In this document: positions 62,505-64,000 of the stretch, piece by piece
Numbering within the stretch: position 1 is the stretch's first letter
How the letters are laid out: each line of letters begins with the position of its first letter
Assembly (NCBI GenBank): GCA_963795435.1
Contig: CAWCHV010000006.1
Span: 73,981 to 137,980 of the forward strand
Length of the DNA: 64,000 bases
From: an uncultured Alphaproteobacteria bacterium
GTDB lineage: Bacteria > Pseudomonadota > Alphaproteobacteria > Acetobacterales > Acetobacteraceae
Reading direction: 5' to 3'
Position numbers and translations under genes: made by a program
Notes under the pieces: generated by a model
Seen by the model: only the letters and a program-made list of their open reading frames with translations
What the model was told of the DNA's origin: nothing
The model's database searches: none

Positions 62505-63250
62505 CCGAGTTCATCCTCCAGCTTGCGATCGCGGTTATCCCCGCCGTGCTGGCGATCACCTTGCACGAGGCGGCGCACGGATACGCGGCGCTGGCGATGG
62601 GCGACGATACCGCGCGCCGAGCGGGCCGGCTGTCGCTCAACCCGCTGCGCCATGTCGACCGCGTGGGCACCATCCTGCTGCCCGGCTTCCTGCTGCTGTT
62701 TCAGTTGCTGACCATCCACCGGGTGGCGTTCATGTTCGGCTGGGCAAAGCCGGTGCCGGTCTCCGCCTGGAAGTTCCGCGACCCGCGCCGCGGCATGATG
62801 GTCGTGGCGGCGGCCGGCCCGGCGATGAATTTCGGGCTGGCTTTCCTCACCGCGCTGCTCCTGCCGGCGATGGCCGCGCCGTCCGCCTTCGGGTATTTCG
62901 AGCGGCTGCTGTTCCTTCACCCGATCGCCGGCGCGCTCGCCTTCTACTTCATCCTGACCAACCTCGTGCTCGGGCTGTTCAACCTGATCCCGATCCCGCC
63001 GCTCGACGGCGGCCGGATCGCGGTCGGCCTGCTGCCCGAGCCGCTGGCGCGCGCCTGGGCCCGCACCGAGCGTGCCGGCATCCTGGTCGTGATCCTGCTC
63101 GTGTTCCTGCTGCCGCGGCTGCTCGCCGAGTTCGGCATCCGATTCGACCCGTTCGGCGAGGCGCTCGACACCGTGGTGCCTTGGGCGCTCCGGCTGGTGC
63201 TGACGGCGGCGGGCCACCATGTCGGCGTCGGTGATGGACGCTTCATCTGA
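62501..63250 (+). CDS. site-2 protease (M50) family membrane metalloprotease
   Basis: GTGA overlap with nagZ. HEAAH zinc motif, polytopic, and NLIPIPPLDGG motif. Confidence 0.85.
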   Translation: MTEFILQLAIAVIPAVLAITLHEAAHGYAALAMGDDTARRAGRLSLNPLRHVDRVGTILLPGFLLLFQLLTIHRVAFMFGWAKPVPVSAWKFRDPRRGMMVVAAAGPAMNFGLAFLTALLLPAMAAPSAFGYFERLLFLHPIAGALAFYFILTNLVLGLFNLIPIPPLDGGRIAVGLLPEPLARAWARTERAGILVVILLVFLLPRLLAEFGIRFDPFGEALDTVVPWALRLVLTAAGHHVGVGDGRFI

Positions 63251-64000
63251 CCCGGCAATCCTCGCGCCCGATAGCCTGAGCCTGCGGCTGGACGGCTTCG
63301 AGGGGCCGCTCGATCTTCTGTTGGAGCTGGCGCGCAACCAGAAGGTGGACCTGTCGCGCATCTCCATCCTCTCGCTGGTCGAGCAATATCTGTCGGTGAT
63401 CGAGAGCGCGCGTCGGGTCCGCCTCGAACTGGCGGCGGACTGGCTGGTGATGGCGGCCTGGCTCACGTGGCTGAAGTCGCGCCTGCTCCTGCCGGCGGGG
63501 TCGGACGCCGCCGAGGAGGGCGAGGTCGCAGCCGACATCCTGGCCGCCCGGCTGCGCGACTTGCAGGCGATGCGGGCAGCGGCGGCGTGGCTCGGCGCGC
63601 GCCCGCAACTTCGTCACGAGGTATTTGCGCGCGGCGCGCCCGAGGATCTGACCGAGGCCGATCGCTCCCGCCTGGCGCTCGACATGAGCGCGTTGCTGCG
63701 CGCCTATCTCGCCGCATTGCGCCGCGCGGGTGCGCGACGGCGCTATCGGCCGCCGCCGCTGGCCTTGTGGAGCGTGCAGGACGCGTTGCGCCGGCTCGCG
63801 GACCTCGTCGGCAGCCTGCCGGATTGGGCGACGCTGGAGCGCTTCCTGCCTGACACGCTAGGCGGCCCGCTGGAACGGCGCGCGGCGCTGGCCAGCACCT
63901 TGCTGGCGGGGCTCGAGATGGCGCGCGGCGGCGCGGTGCGGCTGCGTCAGGAGCGGGATTTCGGACCCATCCTGCTGCGGCGCGCCGAACCCGAGACAAC
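63234..64000 (+). CDS. scpA: segregation and condensation protein A (3' end outside window)
   Basis: Absent from the ORF track because there is no stop within the window. My translation from ATG 63234 is MDASSDPAILAPDSLSLRLDGFEGPLDLLLELARNQKVDLSRISILSLVEQYL..., a typical ScpA N-terminus. Confidence 0.85.
   Translation, partial: MDASSDPAILAPDSLSLRLDGFEGPLDLLLELARNQKVDLSRISILSLVEQYLSVIESARRVRLELAADWLVMAAWLTWLKSRLLLPAGSDAAEEGEVAADILAARLRDLQAMRAAAAWLGARPQLRHEVFARGAPEDLTEADRSRLALDMSALLRAYLAALRRAGARRRYRPPPLALWSVQDALRRLADLVGSLPDWATLERFLPDTLGGPLERRAALASTLLAGLEMARGGAVRLRQERDFGPILLRRAEPET

Noticed and set aside
1-64000. Mobile genetic element, prophage or defence island signatures
   Set aside because: No integrase, transposase, recombinase, phage structural, restriction-modification, toxin-antitoxin or cas-like ORFs were recognised. 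No tRNA gene or flanking direct repeats were seen. Composition looks uniform apart from short AT-richer promoter gaps.

Overview
High-GC window (about two-thirds G+C by eye, not computed) with strong GC3 codon bias. It looks like chromosomal DNA of an alphaproteobacterium; the Bradyrhizobiaceae/Nitrobacteraceae feel rests on gene content, synteny and the GGGAGAGGG-type REP elements, and is inference only. I support about 60 protein-coding genes. I saw no rRNA, tRNA, CRISPR array, transposase, integrase or phage genes.

Layout:
- 0-5 kb: partial Crp/Fnr regulator, then an operon of a secreted hydrolase, a membrane-embedded aminopropyltransferase-like protein and a PCMT-like methyltransferase.
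- 5.2-8.9 kb: ssuCBDA-type sulfonate uptake/monooxygenase operon on the minus strand.
- 9-12.5 kb: Pro/Arg-rich hypothetical protein, DMT transporter, NUDIX hydrolase, nitroreductase.
- 12.6-16.4 kb: unusual envelope module. It comprises a degenerate ExeA-like pseudo-ATPase with a TM segment, 72-bp tandem repeats and a Sel1 domain; a translationally coupled orphan TAXI binding protein; a signal-peptide DsrE-family protein; and a small CxxC/CxxxC secreted protein.
- 16.7-22.4 kb: enoyl-CoA hydratase, then a GltD-like/ferredoxin fusion coupled to korA and korB.
- 22.5-29.7 kb: epimerase, benzoylformate-decarboxylase-like TPP enzyme, 610-aa alpha/beta-hydrolase-domain protein, 3-hydroxybutyrate-dehydrogenase-like SDR, HTH-citrate-synthase fusion, DinB.
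- 30.1-33.0 kb: TRAP dctPQM with a REP element in the P-Q junction.
- 33.1-55.0 kb: regulator-less CoA-thioester catabolic island of about 20 genes. It holds 3 acyl-CoA dehydrogenases, 2 AMP-ligases, an NDP-forming ligase, 3 LLM oxidoreductases, an amidohydrolase+Rieske pair, a DUF35+thiolase pair, a CoA-transferase and a DDN-family protein, plus one frameshifted binding-protein gene and one internally deleted SDR.
- 55-64 kb: housekeeping genes (BNR propeller, xthA, erpA, dgt, argS, SPOR, nagZ, M50 protease, scpA partial).

The best candidate for an undescribed system is the 12.6-16.4 kb envelope module. Many long ORFs in the track are GC-driven antisense or out-of-frame artefacts and were rejected.
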